NCBI RefSeq assembly: GCF_009914755.1 | Contig: NC_060932.1 | Reading direction: 5' to 3' (one strand) | DNA length: 64,000 bases | Source of the DNA: the human T2T-CHM13v2.0 reference genome, Homo sapiens | In this document: in pieces, positions 14,851 to 29,008 of the stretch | Numbering within the stretch: position 1 is the stretch's first letter | Layout: each line of letters opens with the position of its first letter | The notes under the pieces: generated by a model | Databases searched by the model: none | Told to the model about the DNA's origin: nothing | Seen by the model: only the letters and a program-made list of their open reading frames with translations | Translations under genes and position numbers: made by a program

Positions 14851-15660
14851 AACAACTTGGATTCTTACAGTCACTTATTTCAGCAAGTGCAAAGGGATAT
14901 TGAGGAAGCCCAGAGACAACATTTCCCAGAACATTCGAGACTGAAAGACAATTCCAATTCCCGAAAGCAAAATAATGAATGGTCACAGTTAAAAAGGCTT
15001 TTGTTTTTTTTTTTTAATTTAAAAATTGAAAAGACTGGAACTGCGGGGGAAAGGAAACCCTAAAGATATAAAACAGGTACAAATGTATTCATCTCTTTCT
15101 CCACAAAGGGAAAGCATGAAGGAGGCACCCAACAAATTGTTAATTGAATGTGAAGTTTTAGTTCAACAACACGGACAGTTCGTAATGGAGTTGGTTCTTC
15201 TTATTCCACTATTATAAGTACCTAATATTTTTTGCTGTTTATATGCCAAAAGCTGGTGAGTGCTTCACAGCACTACCGCAAGCACCACTCCCCTAGAAAA
15301 CCTACTTCTTAACCACCGCGCAGCAATACTGCCTCTATTACAGAATCGCTTTAACAATACATAGGTATTAAAAACAAAAATAAATTTAAAAACCCTCCAA
15401 CCATCTACAGCATGTAGCTTTTCCTCTTACTCCTGCCAAGTTAAACTTAATACTCTTCAGGCAGAAGTTCTCTAACTTTTTGATCTTAAAACTCCTTTAT
15501 ACTCTTAAAAATGGAGAACTCCAAAAAGCTACTGTTAATGTTGGTTATATCTATTAATATTTAGTGTTAGAAAACAAATAAATGTTTAACACCTTTATTA
15601 ATTCATTTAAAACCGATAAACATGTTAACATAAACATCATTATGAAAATAACTATATTTT

Positions 15661-15800
15661 CGGGAGGCTGAGGCAGAAGAATTGCTTGAACCGGAGATGT
15701 GGAGGTTGCAGTGAGCCGAGATGGTGAAACTGCACTCCACTCCAGCCTGGGAGACAGAGCAAGACTACATCTCAAAAACAAACAAACAAACAAACAAACA
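15661..15800 (+). mobile_element. 5'-truncated Alu (right arm) with (AAAC)n tail
   Basis: cgggaggctgaggcagaagaattgcttgaacc...gcaagactacatctcaaaaac. Confidence 0.88.
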
Positions 15801-16121
15801 GTTTTCCAATACAAAAAATATTCAGTGGAAGGAGTGCCATTATTTTAAACTTTATACTTCTCTTTGATAAAATAAAAAAACTGGATTTTCATATCTGCTT
15901 CTGTAACTTGTTGCTCTAATTGAAAAAAAATCCAAACAGCAGTGAAAACAGGAAATGGTATTTTATTCATTTTTTCAAATAACTCTGGATGTTTATCTTT
16001 GCTACCACTCCAAAACTGAATGCATCAGTCTTCTTAAAGGTTAGTTGTGATGCAGAATCTGAAACCTTATCAATGAACTTTTTGTACTTTTCTACATTAA
16101 AACTTACTTTAATGCTTTAAA

Positions 16122-16280
16122 GCAATGGTCTCCAACCTTTTTAGCACCAGGGACCAGTTTTGCGGAAGACAATTTTCCGTGGACTGGGAGGAAAGGGGGT
16201 GGTTTCGGGATGATTCAAGCACATTCCATTTATTGTGTACTTTATTTCTATTATTATTGCATTGTAATATAAAATAATTA
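16122..16280. mobile_element. MER1A fragment (hAT-Charlie)
   Basis: ccaacctttttagcaccagggaccagttttgcggaagacaattttcc...ggtttcgggatgattcaagcacatt. Confidence 0.75.
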
Positions 16281-19189
16281 TTGGTTCAGCAACTTATGCA
16301 CATTGTCCAAATATTAACACACTTCACTATATAATATTAAAAAGTCCTACTAGGTAATATCACCACTGGTCTCATCAGAAAATTCCTAAGTATGGGGAAG
16401 CTGTCAAGCTCATGGTGGTAAATAGAAATTAATTGGCAACAAACACTGTTAGTTGTTTCCTTGAAGTGACAGGCTCACTTCGTTCATGTTTTAGAATATG
16501 TCTGGCAATGATCCAAGTATGAATACTCATTGTTTGTCAGTCTGTCAAGCAAAAATGGTTTTCTATTAAGAAAAGTGGCCAGTTCAGCTCACAATTCAAT
16601 CACACACTGCTTTACCTGAAGACAACCATCACACTTTGAAATATGTCACAGAATGCTTTATGGGCACTTTCCTACACTATACAGCATATCAAAGAGATGC
16701 ATACTCAGAAGTCAAGATTTAATCCAGACAGTCATTTTTACTGTTTCATCGGGACATTCTTAAGTCAGGCTGGCAATTTTCTCTTATTTTTTATTGAAAG
16801 CACAGGGCAGTAAAGAATACAGTGACGACTAGAACAGCCTGGTACCATCTGCCTTGATTTGCACAAAGGCACCAGGAGTTTTACCCAGCATTGCTCTGGC
16901 ACCATCAATGCAAATTCAATGCACTTGTTCCAGAATGAACCACTAAATTCAAAAAAGTTATTCAACACTTTGAATATCTCAGCACTACTCATGTTTGCTA
17001 CCAAGCATTCACTAAAAAGATACTCTCTATTGTAAAGATAAAGGATTGTATATTGTATTACATATTACAATAAAAAGATTATCTAAAAAGGTATTGATTG
17101 GTTTGGTGCTGATACCAGAAGAATACAAGCAAAATGGCACCTCTAGTCTTTCTTCCATTTGTAAGGCAGAAATACACTTCTACAGTCAATATACTAACTG
17201 GGTCTTCACGTTTCAGCTAAATCTTTAATTTGGCAGATTACTGTATCATTGGAAAGTTGAAGTGCTATGAGCTCTTTCAATGCTTTTTCATCTAAACAAG
17301 CCTTTATCGTGTGTTTCTGCGACCAACGCAACTTGATAATTTACCCTGCTTTATGCTTCAACTTTGTCGGTTTCAGTTTGAAAAGCTATGACAAAAATTT
17401 CTGGCTTTTAAAAAGCTCATTACATCCACACTTAAACGATTCAATTCATTTTTCTTTAGAGGACTCTGAATGGTTGGTCTCAAAATCATGCTACTGGCAC
17501 CATAATACCATTGAAAATGGTTCTCTGGCATAAGATTCATAAGACCAATTACTAACAGCTATAAAGCTGAGGAAAGCTTTCACCTTGCCTTAGTTTTGCC
17601 CATTTCTCTGGAGTAAATTCCTCCCTTTCATGATTCAGAAACTCTGACATATTCATTTCATTTTTTCAGCGTTTTAGGCATAGGTAGTGCACCTGGGAGC
17701 TGAAAAAAATCAACTTTTCTAATATCCCCCTGTTAAGCCAATAATCTATCCTTAAATACAAAAATACACAAATATCCTTTTATTTTAGAATAAAATATTA
17801 CATTCAAAAATAATTTTATACCATTTGAAATTTTAGAAAGGCTTTCCAATCAAGACTACAGAGTGTACTTTTTGTTGTGTTTTCATATAGGCACAGAAAA
17901 CTCTGGGACTTCAAATTAATAACTTATTAAAAGAAAATGAGGTCACAGATATAACAGGTCTAAGTGAAGACAGCCAGTGAGTGCACAGTAGAAATACTAA
18001 GTGCAAATTGAGTTCATCTCTGAAAATGCAGATACTTTTATCCTAACCCTAACACCTTAGAAGACTGAGAAACAGAAGAATACACAAGCACAAATCCCAT
18101 TAGTCATGACAGGCAAAGCTCTTTGCAAGTCATGTAATCTCTGGGCAACTCACTGCACACTTGTGAGAGAAAGAATGAAAAAGGTAAATAACACCTTAGT
18201 ATTCTTTTCAAAAATAGTTTTGTCCTCATGGACCCTACAAAAGGTTTCAGGGATCCTCCACAGTTCCCCAGATTACAATTGGAGAGCAGTTGTTCTGAAG
18301 TAAAACTTTCTTTGCCAAGCTACATACTAAATTTACATAGAGAAAGCCATCAAAGATGATTTTCAGTCCCTCCTACCTAAAGACCAAATGATAGCCCATA
18401 CTTTCTTTCCCAAGCACCTTGTTTACTTTCATTGCAAGGGACAAACAGGAAAAGGTTAACATAGTCTTCTCCACAAATAATGAAGCACTTTCCCAACCTG
18501 GGCCTCTCTGGGTTGGTCATGGAAGGTCATGACTTCTTCCATGCCCCTGCATATCCACTTATCTGCATTAACAGCAGCAGCAGTCACACAGCAGCGCCAT
18601 CTGGAAATGAGGGGGCGATACAGATACTGACTCATGGCTCAGCTGGCTTGAGTGATTGCTTCCACATGGGTGGGTGGTGAAGGTGTCAAGAATATGAAGG
18701 TCTCTAATTTGGGCGCTGCAAGAATGGGCTTTCTAGAGAAGCAGCAGGTCAGGTGAGAAGACAAGTGAGTTTGGTTGTGGACCTGCTGGGTTTAGGTGCC
18801 TCTCCCGGGAAGTTGTGAAGCGTGTTCGTACTCACTCAACGCTGTGTCTAAGAGGCAGACAGTAAGGGGAAACCATCAGAGGTTTACATCTCAAAAAATC
18901 AAATGATCCTGTTCTCAGGGGAAAAAAGTTACTTCAGTTTATTGGGGTGTGGCGGTGGGGGGTGGGGAGGGGACTTAATTCAACTATGATTGCTCTAAAA
19001 ATAGATAATTTTTTAGATATTAAGGAAACTTCCACCCATAATACCGAAGGCGACTAGATACGCAACATCAGTTTTCCTCAATGTTCTTGCTGTCATGAGA
19101 TCTCCTAACATTTCTGGCTGTAATTACTCTTAGGGATGGAGATAGTAAAAGATGTATTAAGTAATGTCTTTAACAATTAAGCGGGAAAC

Positions 19190-19612
19190 TAAGATATCCA
19201 GCCTCCAATAGATGAACGGGTAAAGAAAATAGGGTCTACAAATACAATGGAAGTTTTTCAGCCTTAAAAAAGAAGGTGATTCTGACACTTGGCTACAACA
19301 TGAGTGAAGCTCAAAGTCATTAGGCTAAGTGAAATAAACCAGTCACCAAAGGACAAACACTGTATGCCTCCACTGACGTGCATTATTTAAAGCACTCAAA
19401 AATTCACAGAAACATAAAGCAGAAAGGTGACTGGCTGCCAAGGGCTGGGGTAGAGGCAGAGAAATTAGTGTTTAATTAGCGCAGAGTTTCAGTTTGATGA
19501 ACAAGCGCTGGAGATTGACTGCACAACAGCGTGAATATACTTAACGCTACTGAACAGTATGCTTAGAACTGTTTAGGATGGTAAATCTAATGTTACGTGA
19601 TAGGAATCACAA
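19190..19612 (+). mobile_element. L1MB-like 3' fragment
   Basis: gatgaacgggtaaagaaaat...ctaagtgaaataaaccagtcaccaaaggacaaacactgtatg...gtgaatatacttaacgctactgaac. Confidence 0.8.
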
Positions 19613-20489
19613 CTACAACCTACAATAGAGAAAAAGTTTTACAGTGTTCAGCACCAAGAAGTGACCTGCATGCATATATGTATATATGTATCTGAAGAGT
19701 GAGAAAACTCGCCTAACATAGATCAATATTGCCCCCAGAGACCCAGCAAACTCCAACCCCCCCAGCCCTTGTCCTCTCTCCGCCTCCACTTGCAAACGTG
19801 CTTAAACCTATTACTCTCCCACTGCCCGCTCCTTCCTTCCAGCCTCAGGGGTCTGCAGGAGCATGTACGCTGCTGGTACCTTCATGCCTAGCCCCTCACA
19901 ACGGGCCTTCCCTGCTCTGGACTGGGTGATAATTGCCCAGTTTACAACTTCCTGGCGCCAATGCCCCCTGCCCCCTCCCCACTTCTAACTTAATACTTAT
20001 ATGTCCATGCCCACCTTCATTTTCACTGCGTTCCCCCACTCCAATCTTATTCTGCTTTAAGGAGCAAGAAGGTTTACCAGACGCATTTTCAAGGCAGTCT
20101 GGGCTTTAAAACCTCTGACTCATTACATCATCATCATCACCAATGCATCCTCTTAATAGTAATGATCCAAGGAAAAATCAGGCGCCTGGTAACTACGGAG
20201 CGTTGGTGAAGCATCTGCTTTCCTGAACTCTTCTTAAACCCTCACAGCAACCCTGAAGCTGGGACCTTTTCCCCATTGTTCAGAATCCACTGACCCGCCC
20301 AAGGTGAGGCAGTTACTAACTACCAAGTGAGGTAGGTCCACCGTGTCCCATACCCTCTACTTCCACCACCCCGACTCTTCCCACTTAAGAGATGAGATCA
20401 GATGCCTAAGAAGAGACAAAGAGGAAGAAACACCCCCAGGGCCACGCAGGGGGCACCTTTCCTGGCAGCCTGCACCCCTCCCCAGGGGG

Positions 20490-22060
20490 AGAGCACGGAC
20501 CAGCCAGGGGGTCGCGGCCCGCGGCCCGCCTAGCTGTGTGCGCCTGGCTTCTTGCCTCGCCAAATCTCAAGTTTCCGCGTCCTCAGAAAGGGGGCAATCA
20601 CCATGCCATCCTAATAGACTGTTGAGAGCGTTTAATAAAAGCAGTCAATCTATGAAAAGCACTGTGCAAACTGCGCGGTCAGTGTAAAGGCTCAATCCAC
20701 ATTCGCTTTCTCTCTCTCTCTTTTTTTTTTTTTAAACTCTCTGGGCTGGTAAAGTCTGAACTTTACGTGGGGATGATCTGAAAGCTAGAAAGGATCGAGA
20801 AAAATCCCAAAGCTCTAAGCCTGAGCTAGGGAGGGTCTCAGAGGGAGGTCTGACTGCAGACCGGGAGTCTTCTCCTCCCGTGCGCCGCTGCCCGGGACGA
20901 GAAACCCGTGGGGCATCCAGGACTAGGACACGAGGTCTCAGCCTGGGCAGGTGGACAAGCTGTGGGGTCCCACCCTCCGCAGGCGATGGCTTCCCAAAGT
21001 CTGTACAAACCGGTTTCGCCGGGCCGGCCATGCCCGCCCCTCTTCTCGGCGTGGGAAGCCCTTTCAAAAGTGGAGGGGAGCGAGTGTCGCGCCCTGCCAA
21101 CCCCGACTGCGCCTGGGCCCTCCCCGCGCCGGGCTCCGGAGCCGCCCCTCCTGACTCTGCGACCACGGCCGGGGACCCTGCGCGCGCCCGGGAATGCAGA
21201 GTCTCCAGCGCCGCGCAGGGCTCGCCCCGACCTCGGCCGGCCCTGGGCAACCCGCTCCGCGGCCAGTCCCCACTCCAAGATGTGGCTCGGCTCCCACCTC
21301 CGCGGGGGGGAAATGTCGGGCGACCCCCACACTGACCTTCCTGCGCACCCAGCGCAAACTACGAACCCAGAGTTGGAGCTGCCCGCAGACCCCGCGCAGC
21401 CAGACCCCGCGCCTTTATCCCGCCCCGCCCCGCCCCGCCCGGCGCACCAATCCCCGGCCGAGGAGGGGCCGCGTGGCGCCGCGGGGGGCGGGCCGCGCAC
21501 GCCCCCCGCAGGGAGGACTCAGGGACAGTCAGGGCCCCGGGAGAGTCCGCGCGCATCGCCCGGCTCCGCGGCGCCAGCCATGGCGTCCGTGCGTGGCCCC
21601 GCCAGGGATGGGGCGACGCGGTCAGAGCCGCACGCGACCGAAATCCGCACTCTGGAGCCGCAGAGCGCGCGGTCTTGCTGTTTAGCGGCTCCCTGGCAAG
21701 TGACGTGGGGAAGAAACGCAGGGCGCAGGAGAGACAGCTGGAAAGGTTTGCGGTGTAGCTGGCCCAGGATTGAGGGTCTGGAGGTCGGGTGTTGGAAGAC
21801 CTTGAGCGAGGCACTTCTTGGCCTCCCCAGCTGGGAGGCATCGCTGAAAAATTAGGTGACCCCCAAGACGGTAGACCAGCAGAGTCAGCGTCACCTGGGC
21901 GCCGGTTGGAAATGCAGATTGGCAGGTCCCACCCCCAACCCCTCCCGACTTGCTGAGTCAGCATCTCTGGGGGTGGGGCTCGCGCGCCCCCAGCGGGACG
22001 CCGGTGCGCGCAGTAGCTTAAGAAGCTGGGTCCAAGGCGCTGGTTCTCAAACTCCGCTGC
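20490..22060. promoter_or_regulatory. CpG island (probable TDH promoter, possibly bidirectional)
   Basis: Very GC- and CpG-rich, tandem GC boxes, 8.4 kb upstream of the first coding exon, which carries a splice acceptor. Confidence 0.9.
21337..21451 (-). promoter_or_regulatory. TDH: Putative TDH core promoter and short non-coding exon 1
   Basis: CCAAT (21447-21451), tandem GGGGCGGGGC boxes (21421-21440), TATA-like GATAAA (21419-21414), strong donor AAG|GTCAGT (21336-21335). Confidence 0.55.
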
Positions 22061-22345
22061 ATATTGCAATCACCTGGGAGCTTTTTAACCTCCAAACGCC
22101 CAGGCTGCCCCCGGACCAAATGACAGAATCTCCGGGGCTGGGGGGGACGGGGATAGAGAAGCCCAGACCTAAGTATTTTTTTAAGCTCTTAAAGCGATTC
22201 CAGTGTGCTGTGAAGGTTGGACCCACGGTGTGGTCTCTGGACAAAGCAGCCCCCACTCCAGACCTACCGAACCAGGGAATCTGCATTTTAACAGGATCCC
22301 CAAGTGACTTGCAGGCGCCTTCGGTTTGGGAGAAACAACTCTAAG
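21870..22345. mobile_element. Cluster of MER5A-like hAT MITE fragments
   Basis: gtcacctggg...gaaatgcagatt...gagtcagcatctctgggggtgggg; ggttctcaaact...aatcacctgggagct; ggaatctgcattttaacaggatccccaagtga. Confidence 0.65.
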
Positions 22346-22838
22346 GTGTCTTCTGACATTAACAATCTGTGATTTTGTGAAATCTGTCTCGTTTTGTTTA
22401 GCGGGCTAGCCAGGCCCCGTTTTCTTCAGCTTCTCCCTTGACTTGATCCCTGAAGATGGCTCTGCCTCTGGCGCCCTTGAAATATGTCGACTAGGTCATG
22501 ATCACCGTGCATTCTGCTCAGCGTAGTCTCCCCGCCTGAAGTGTTATTAATGCAGTCTAAAATGACTACGGTTCTGCGGTCTACCGAACTGCCCACGGAG
22601 GTAGGGGTTTCAGACTTTTGGCATCTCAAGAGACTTGAGATTACCGAGACCACGATACCCCCAGAGACGTGACGAGATGGGATCAAGGCCACGGGGGACC
22701 AGAATGCTGACCCAGGCAACCTGTCCCTGCCTCGCTGCCCTTTGTAATACTCCTTATCATATCATGAGGAGCTATTTTCCGTTCTCCACAAACTTGGTGG
22801 TGGATGGAAGAGGATATCAAGCTCACCTTGAGTGGGAT

Positions 22839-23078
22839 TGAGGTAGGAGGCGGGGCTCAGACACCAGACCAGATTGAGGACAAACTAAAGCAAGGTCAGG
22901 GCCAAAGCAGCTTTCCAACAGATAGGACCACCAGGGTGCCACGTCAGTTTACCGTTGCCATGTCAATACCAGGGAGTTACCGCCCCTTTCCGTGGCAGTA
23001 ACCCAATAATTACCACCCCTTCCCTAGAAATTTCTGCATAAACCGCCCCTTAATCTGTATGCAATTAAAAGTGTGTGT

Positions 23079-23159
<81 letters not shown>

Positions 23160-23355
23160 TGCAAAACTGCCCTGAGCTGCTCCTCTCTGCCTATGGGGGA
23201 GCCCTGCTCTGCAGGAGCAGTCACGGAGCTGTAACCCTGCCTCTTCAATAAAGCTGTTTTCTTCTACCTCTGGCTTGCCCTTGAATTCTTTCCTGGGCAA
23301 AGCCAAGAACCCTCCTGGTGGAAGCTCCACTTTGGGGCTCACCTGCCCTGCATCA
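22839..23355 (+). mobile_element. Solo LTR, ERV1 class
   Basis: TG...CA termini (tgaggtaggagg...ccctgcatca), 4-bp TSD ggat on both sides, AATAAA at 23247-23252. Confidence 0.88.
23071..23154. repeat. (GT)n(AT)n microsatellite inside the LTR
   Basis: Directly visible. Confidence 0.95.
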
Positions 23356-23879
23356 GGATTACAGGTGGGAGCGTTGCGGAGTAGAGCGATCCGCTGACAC
23401 TGCCTCTGGTCTGCATTGGGGAATGGCGGCCGGTCGGGCGGGGTCACAGACCATAGCTTCAAGCTTTGTTCTTGGGGATTCCAGGGACTGAAAAGTGGGT
23501 GCTTTCTGGCTACCTAGCATCCACTTCCTCTCTTCCCCATGCAAAGAGGCTGAAGTGAATGGCGTCAGTCCTCGCCCTCCTCAGTCAAGGGGCAGACACT
23601 ATCTGAGATTTAAATCCTGTCCCCACTAGCAGAGGCCCTCTGAGGCCAGTCCCGCCCAGGGACACTGCCAAGGGCTTCCTGGCTCTAGGACCGCCTTGGG
23701 TTTCTGCCCCTTCAGGCTGCTTCTCCAGTCCTCCCAGTGAGCCTGTGTCCTCCTCAGACCCTTTGGCTTCTGTCTGCAAAGTAAGTTTCTGTCCTAACTT
23801 AGGGAGTGATAATATTCAGAATTTCTCTCCATTTTCACGGTTGAGATTTTGGCGCTAAAATCACAAACCCAAATAAAAA

Positions 23880-24779
23880 AATAAATAAGAACAAATAGCC
23901 TCTAGTCTATATTCATATAAATAAATAACTGAATGAGTGACTAAATGGGGGGAAAGGGCAACTCTTTTTTTTCTTCGAGGCAAGATGTCACTCTGTCGCC
24001 CAGGCTGGAGGGCAGTGACATGATCTCAGCTCACTGCAGCCTGGCCGACAACTCTTTCTTGCAGAATTCCAATTAATACATATGGAAGGAATGAGAGACT
24101 TGGCAAATCACCACTGAAACACTACTGCAATCATTGCTGCAGGCAGGGTCCCCAGATGTGGCAAAATTAGCTGGGAAAGCCTAAGGAGAAGCAGGATATT
24201 TGCATAGTCTCAAAGCATCTCTCCCAAAATAGATGTTTATCAATAACAAAGGGAAAAATAGTAACTTTGCAGTGAACAAAACTGGCATCACCACCTTAAC
24301 CACGTGACCCAGGTTTACCTCTCCAGAAACGTGTTGACAGAGGAGGCGCTGGGAAGAGCGCAGCACCCCGGAGGTTTTCCTGCCCAACAATGCACAATCT
24401 CATTATGAGAAAACATTAGACAACCCAAATGGAGGAACATTCCTACAAGGTAACTGACCAGTACCCTTCAGAAGTCTCAAGGTCACAAAAGACAGGAAGA
24501 CTGAGGAACTGTCACAGATTAAGGAGACAATGACTCCTGTCACGTGAAATCCTGGATTAGATCTTGGGACAGAAAAAGAGCATCAGTGGAAAAACCAGTG
24601 AAACACGAATAAACTTTCTAGTTTAGTTCATAGTACAGTGCCCTTTTTACTTCCTTACAGATTACTTCTCCATTAGAGTTGTACTACAGTTATGTAAGAG
24701 GTTAATATAAGGGGGCACTGGGTGAAGGGTTCAAAGGAACTCTACTATTTTTGCAACCTTGTCTGTCTAAAATGATGTT
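23880..24779 (+). mobile_element. Old L1 (L1MC/ME-like) 3' region with a short minus-strand Alu fragment (~23963-24046)
   Basis: caaagggaaaaatagtaactttgcagtg...gacaggaagactgaggaactgtcacagatt...ggaactctactatttttgcaac. Confidence 0.65.
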
Positions 24780-25092
<313 letters not shown>

Positions 25093-25861
25093 TTAAAATA
25101 AAAACTTTAAAAAGTATCTTGATAAGAAAAAAAAAGTAAAATTTGTTACTTGGTAAAAATGACTAAAGAGCTTCCTGACAAATGTTCATATGTAAAATTT
25201 CACTTGGGAAAAATATACTTTGTAGAAATAATGACCACGAAAGTAGACTGACAATGGGAGAAACGGTTTAACGAAAGTCAACTGACAATGGGAGAAATGG
25301 TTTAAACCTGAAAGGAGCAAAATCACTGGATATTGAATCAAATCTTTGTTGCAAAATGTAATAGAAAGTAGTGAATTACAAATAAAATTCAGTAAAAGAA
25401 AAAGGGAAAGGAGGGAAAATGAAATCACTCAGAGAAAATCGATTACAGGCTTAAATTTCTAAATGAAAAGATTTTTTCTTCATATGCAATTAGAGAATGT
25501 GAATACATTTGTGACAATAAGTTCCTAAACAGGACATATCAAAACATTCTGTTTTAGTTTGTTTGCATAAGATACCTAGATGTATGGTTCAGGAAGAATG
25601 GACAAAATATGCAAATTCCATGCTTCATTTCAAGATCTCACAGTGCTTTAAAATATGAAGGGAGAGGCTTGTTTCTGTATAAGGTCTAATAGCATTGCCT
25701 GGACAGGGACTTATGCCCAGAATGACTAAAGAAATTAAGCCCCAGGGAACATACAAGTAAATTACATCATCAAGCCACAACTTCTGTCCTTAGTTATTTA
25801 ATGAAAAAGTAAATAAATAAATAAAAGCACCAGGTCTCCCCTTCCAGTTGCAGGAGTAGAG

Positions 25862-26170
25862 GGTCTAGAACGATAATGTTCCATACAATAGTCACTAGCC
25901 ACATAGGGCTATTAAATCCTTGCAACGTAGCTAGTTTGAACTGAAATGTGCTGTCAAACACCAGATTTTGAAGATATGGCGTTTAAAAATGTGACTATCC
26001 GTTAATGAATTTCATATTGTATGTTAAATGGAAAATATTTTTAGTAAGGTAAGTTAAATAAAACATATTACAATTCATTTCACCTGTTTTTTTTACTCTT
26101 GTGTGATTAATAGAAATTTTTAAATTATATATGTGGCTCATATTAGATTCCCAAAGAACAGCACTGACCT
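25862..26170. mobile_element. MER3/MER33-like hAT element
   Basis: gtcactagccacatagggctattaaa...gctagtttgaactgaaatgtgctgt...atatgtggctcatatta. Confidence 0.65.
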
Positions 26171-26567
26171 AGAAGTTCTGAGAGAAAGTTCTGTAGGCTA
26201 TGGACACCCTCTTTCTCCGTTATTTGTAAAAGGCCAGCCTTGACCCTTCATTGGTCTAAGAATTACTTAGACCCTTGAAGATTGCCACCTTCCAGCAGAA
26301 GCAATGAAAGCAATGCTGGTAACATCTAAAATAAAAATCCAAGCCATGTCCTGTAATTCACAACCTCCTTCTAGAGAGAAATTACTATTTCTGAAACAAA
26401 ACAAAACAAAACAAAAAACTCCTTCATGGACTCTTTGATTACGACTTGCTCTGATAAGCTAGTTACCTACTAACCTCCACCTCTTGGTTGACTGCTGATG
26501 GTTAGGAAGCTGGTGACGTTGAACCAGACTTTTTCTTTAAACATTTAGCCTAACAATTATTACCAAG

Positions 26568-26755
26568 TTCAGTAGTTATCAAACGGTGGCATGTAACAGA
26601 ATCACCTGCAGAGCTTGTTAAAACACAGATTTCTGGTCCCTACGCCAGAGTTTTTTATTCAGTAGGGATAGGGTGGGGTCTGAGGGTGTATTTCTAGCGA
26701 GTTTCCAGATGATGCTCATGTTGCTGACCCAGGGACCATGCTCTGTGGACTGTTG
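26568..26755. mobile_element. MER5A
   Basis: gaatcacctgcagagcttgttaaaacacagatt...attcagtagg...ccagatgatgctcatgttgctg. Confidence 0.75.
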
Positions 26756-26978
26756 CCCTAATAATTCACCTTTCCCATGAAATGTCCCTATCTAGAGTAA
26801 ACCTTTGAATTGGCCTATTAGAGATCTTCTCCCAGTATACAAGATTGTAATTAAATGTTGGCACATAGCCATAAACAAATTATCTGACAAAACTTCTGTA
26901 ACCCAAGTTTGTCTGGGCATGGCACGTGATAAGACATATGCCAGTCTTTGTGTCCTGCAGTTTCTGTCTCGTTGTCAT

Positions 26979-27370
26979 TGTAATGGTTAATTTTCTATAT
27001 CAACTTGACTGGGCCACAGGGTTTCCAGATATTTCTGGATGAGATTAGCATTTACAGTAGTGGACCGAATGAAGGAGAGTGCCCTCCCCAATGTGGGTGG
27101 GTCTTATCCAAGCCATTGAAGGCCTGACTAGAACAAAAGACAGGGTAAGAGAGAATTCACTGGCTCTGCCTGATGGTCATTGGGACGTTGGTCTTTTCCT
27201 GCCTTTAGACTTGGACTCAAACTGGAAATTAGACCATCGGCTCTCCTAATGCTCGGTCCTTCGGACTCATGCCGCAACACATCATCAGCTCTCCACGGTC
27301 TCCAACTTGTAAATCTTGAGACTTCTCAAACTTCATGACCACATGGCCCAATTCCTTATCCCTCTCTGGA
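26979..27370 (+). mobile_element. MLT2-type LTR (ERVL)
   Basis: tgtaatggttaattttctatatcaacttgactgggccacagg...gatgagattagcattt...gccctccccaatgtgggtggg. Confidence 0.75.
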
Positions 27371-27472
27371 GAAAGTAACACAGTCATTAAATGAATCTTA
27401 AAATTCTGACAGATAGGGAAGTCACCTTGATTTGAGCAAATCTCCAGAGTTAGCATTAGAAAACACTTTCTT

Positions 27473-28290
<818 letters not shown>

Positions 28291-28673
28291 AATAATAATT
28301 TCTTGATGAGAAAACTTGATATATGCATGATATTTATTGAATATTTGTATTTATGAACAGACTCAAGACATCCACCAGGTCAAAATGGTAATACAATGTG
28401 CCCTTTACTTACACTTCACATCTTAGCCCTTGTTGGTACCCCATACCCAACAGAGATCCTTTCCCCTAAAAAAGAGGAAATCCCCCTCCAGCAGGCCCCT
28501 GGAGAAGCCTTCCCCACACCACGCAGCCAGGCAACCATTGCTTCTCAATGCAGGTAGAAGACTCAGCTACATGGATACCTCCAGCACCATGATGTCCAAT
28601 GCATGAGTCACATGGCCCAAGGCAGCGAGCTGCTTGTATGGCAGCTAGAACTCACTGCAAAGCCTCCTCCTGA

Positions 28674-29008
<335 letters not shown>

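Larger units (their letters stand above)
15460..18292 (-). mobile_element. Near full-length hAT Charlie1-family DNA transposon fossil with decayed transposase
   Basis: Charlie-type termini; ORF 16765-17004 (SAEIFKVLNNFFEFSGSFWNKC) resembles Buster/Charlie transposases; contains a nested Alu arm and a MER1A fragment. Confidence 0.72.

Noticed and set aside
18590-18608. CTCF-like motif (ccagatggcgctg on the minus strand)
   Set aside because: The 3' half matches but the conserved 5' CC positions are T; too weak to call without ChIP data.
20732-22344. Overlapping 150-315 aa ORFs on both strands
   Set aside because: Expected from stop-codon depletion in a CpG island; Pro/Arg/Ala/Gly-rich with no domain resemblance.
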